A program made the position numbers and the translations under genes. Below the pieces are notes generated by a model. The model was not told where the DNA came from and ran no database searches. It worked only from the letters and a program-made list of their open reading frames with translations. Shown in pieces: positions 61,201-64,000 of a stretch of DNA of 64,000 nt. Where the stretch lies: contig OZ281495.1 in NCBI GenBank assembly GCA_965637545.1, positions 20,274,001 to 20,338,000 of the forward strand. Direction: 5' to 3'. Position 1 is the stretch's first letter. Each line of letters starts with the position of its first letter. This stretch comes from Phallusia mammillata. Its lineage: Eukaryota.

Positions 61201-64000
61201 CAATGCTGAACGGCCGACTTCTATTTATTGTGACGCAAACCACGAAGCAAGTCGCCAAAGAATAATATAATAGGAATAGTAATAAAATTATAATAAGAAT
61301 AGATGTAATAATAATGGAAACGAATAGTAACGAACAACTTGAGCAACGTCCTCGTACAAAAGCGCGAAATAAATAAAAAAGGCTTTTATGAATGCCAGGA
61401 TTCTTGCCTGCGCCGTAAACCAACGGCATCCGCCCAAAGGCAAACGTCAGCGAAATAAAACATTCGTGCACCTGAGCTGTGGTGGAGGTTGTACAGTCAA
61501 ACTGTATTTAAAAGGGGCGCCACACACTGGGTCAGCAGCACGGAAAACAAAGCCAGGGATGGTAGGTCCACTCTCCCTGGCACGCACAAACACACACACG
61601 ATACGCCGGCACTTGCAAACACGTGCTTTTCGATTGTTTAATGTAACAGCGGGCGCAACATGGTATACAGTGGATTTGGCAAACGGGGGACACGCCCCGA
61701 AACTTTGTCGCAATTAGGCGGAAACAATTCGAACCGGTGAAGTCGATACGGGCGCAGATGTGAAGCGGGCAACGGGACGGGAAATGTTCCTGACGAGCCA
61801 CAGCTGACGTGTAGTGTCACAAGATTATCGATATCAGACCAAAGTGCCACAACAATAACTCCACAGTCACTTTTAGTCGGGTAATCATTACACAAATGCA
61901 CGCAATTTTGGGGAGAGGGCGCAGAATCGCAAGTAATTTGCACGCGAAAGCTACGACAGAGCGACATGGTTCCCACGCCAGTGAGCGGCCATATGAGCGC
62001 GGGCAGGGTTCACGACCGGATGTCTTTTGCACAGCGAAGAGCAGGCCGACTGCTTAAACGGTTCGAGGGAGCACGCGCGGACAAACTATGGCTTATGGCT
62101 TCCTGAGCTCCCATATCACAGCGTGCAAAATCTCAGCACAAGGGCGGATGACAACTGCCAGCAAGGTTCAGCGTGAACCCCGCCAAAGTACATGAATCAC
62201 ACAAGTCGGGTCGTCCGCGCTGCCTTTGCAACGCATCGGGCAACAAAAACGGTTTCTCTTGCGACAATCAGCTGCATTCCGAGTCAGGACAGCAGCTGGG
62301 CCTGCGTACTTGCATACATTGCCAAAATTAACGCACACGCGGGATGTGGAATATCCGATGCTGGCAGTGGCGGTGAACAAAAACACAAGGTGCAAAATGT
62401 ACACAATATTAAGTCGCACATATAACGCATTTCGCTCGACCACGTGGGGCTAGGGGTTACCTAGAAGCGACATGGTCCCAAATTTGGGCGCAAGCGTTAA
62501 TCCTCATGGGGGTTAATTTGCATTGCTGTCAGTTAAAGCACAAGCTTTTAGGACATAAAGTGCGTTGTGACAAGTTTTCTTGAATTAAAGCAATTCCTGA
62601 TTGGTGCAGAGCAAAGAGGCCACGACGCAACATTAACAAAACACAACCAGTGGTGGAAATTGGTCGAAGGAAGCATTGCTGGCGTGGGTGGAAGAATGAA
62701 TTAAGTTGTGAGCGCGGATGTTTTGGCTATCAATTTTTCGCCTGGCGAATATCGAGTGTGCGTTAAATGATTTCCTCGCAGAGCAGAGACTTCGCTTTGG
62801 CGCGCGTGAAGTGACTGATTTCATACACCCGCCTTGGGCGTCAAACGCCGCGCTTCGGAGGAGCCGCATGTACTTGTTTGTGGATTAAGCGAACAGTCGT
62901 CAACAATTTTGGTTCGACATCGGATTGAGTTGGTGTGTGCGGCCTAATCTTGCTAAGACGATTTGTCGCCATTGCCAAACTTGGCTTAGACATTGAACTG
63001 TACGTCATGTGCTGCAGCAAATGCGACAACCATGAGTTTATCGATCGAGGTTAGCCTCACTTTTAAACCAATTTAACTTCGCGCAACTAAACAACACATA
63101 ATGGTAGGTTTGTGTTTATGTGCGTCAAGGGCTGAAAACACTTGAATGTCACTGTTTCAATCCGTCAGCGGCGAGCGCTATTAACCGATCTTTATCTATC
63201 TGTAACGGCAAACAGCGGCGATCCTCGGCGGGATAAAGCCAAGCGCCAAATATAGCGAACACACGCACGGAGCGCGCAGCACACACAAGTCCGGGTCAAA
63301 GCAAATATTTGAGCGAAGGTGGTTTCAATTCGCTGACGGCGATGCGACTGCGACGGTTACATTGGAAGGGTTTTTATGTGGGTCGCAATTCTTACTGTTT
63401 ACTGCCTTAGTCTGGACACGTTCTTCCTAATGACGCTTATTCATCGCAGATGTCACAGTGCAATTTAGTGCGACAAGCCCTATCACGATGTCGTTTGGAA
63501 ACTGACCATACTGGGAAGTTTAAACAGACCACGCATCGCACTCGCCAGACTTACGGGTAAACTGAAGGGTAAAGGGACGCACTGAGTTTGCCAACAGAAA
63601 CCCCCTATCCGCGCACATGTACCGCGCAGTTGTCTAACCACTCCTACAGCAACAGACCGCTATACAAAAACCAGTGAACTTGCCGCAATGCGCGCGCTCA
63701 TGTAGTGACAAAAAGTGTAATAAAGTGGAGAAAAAATTAAACGAAAAAAACGAGAACTGCACGAAGAACGTCGCACAAGAAAAACAACAAACAGAAAAAA
63801 ACGAACGTAATAAATTATTGAAACAAATATGCCTGAGTGCAATTCCGCTTAAACGTGCCGAGTTTCGCCGTTCGCGGCCACGTTGTGCTGAAATAACTTA
63901 TGCAAAAAGACACCTGGGCTCACCAAACGTTAAAAAGCCGAGTCCCACACGTGGTGCAGTGACCAAACAGCCGCCAGCAGTTTCTGGATATCATCGTTAC

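Noticed and set aside
60263-61976. Cluster of overlapping 60-127-aa ORFs on both strands
   Set aside because: Expected in GC-richer DNA. One of them derives from a degenerate AAT-rich tract (about 61255-61330), and none gives a coherent gene model.

Overview
Compact, intron-rich, AT-rich animal genomic DNA. It is most likely an ascidian tunicate; this is inferred from chordate-like proteins, mostly short introns, mosaic CpG depletion and an operon-like gene junction. I reconstructed three spliced genes by hand with GT-AG boundaries and consistent codon phases. (1) A RalGAP catalytic alpha subunit (RALGAPA1/2 ortholog) on the minus strand, 29753->2384, about 50 coding exons and about 2479 aa, with the asparagine-thumb motif intact. 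(2) A small two-exon gene on the plus strand, 32977-33806, 235 aa, invisible as a complete protein in the ORF track. Once spliced it encodes an atypical bHLH domain with the STRA8 signature (ARHR followed by six residues and an aromatic, then N.AK..I..LE in helix 2). (3) THADA on the plus strand, 33890->about 55228, about 40 exons and about 1826 aa. THADA starts 84 nt after the bHLH stop codon, directly behind an AATAAA and a splice-acceptor AG, which is the layout of a tunicate SL trans-spliced operon. RalGAPA and the bHLH/THADA unit are head-to-head. Introns hold several hAT-type MITEs with 8-bp target-site duplications and one Helentron/DINE-1-like element. RalGAPA also has two candidate alternative exons. 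The last about 9 kb are CpG-rich and apparently non-coding. The best lead is the STRA8-like bHLH gene, a possible invertebrate-chordate counterpart of the vertebrate meiosis initiator, and its apparent co-transcription with THADA. All protein similarities are from recalled sequences, not from database searches.
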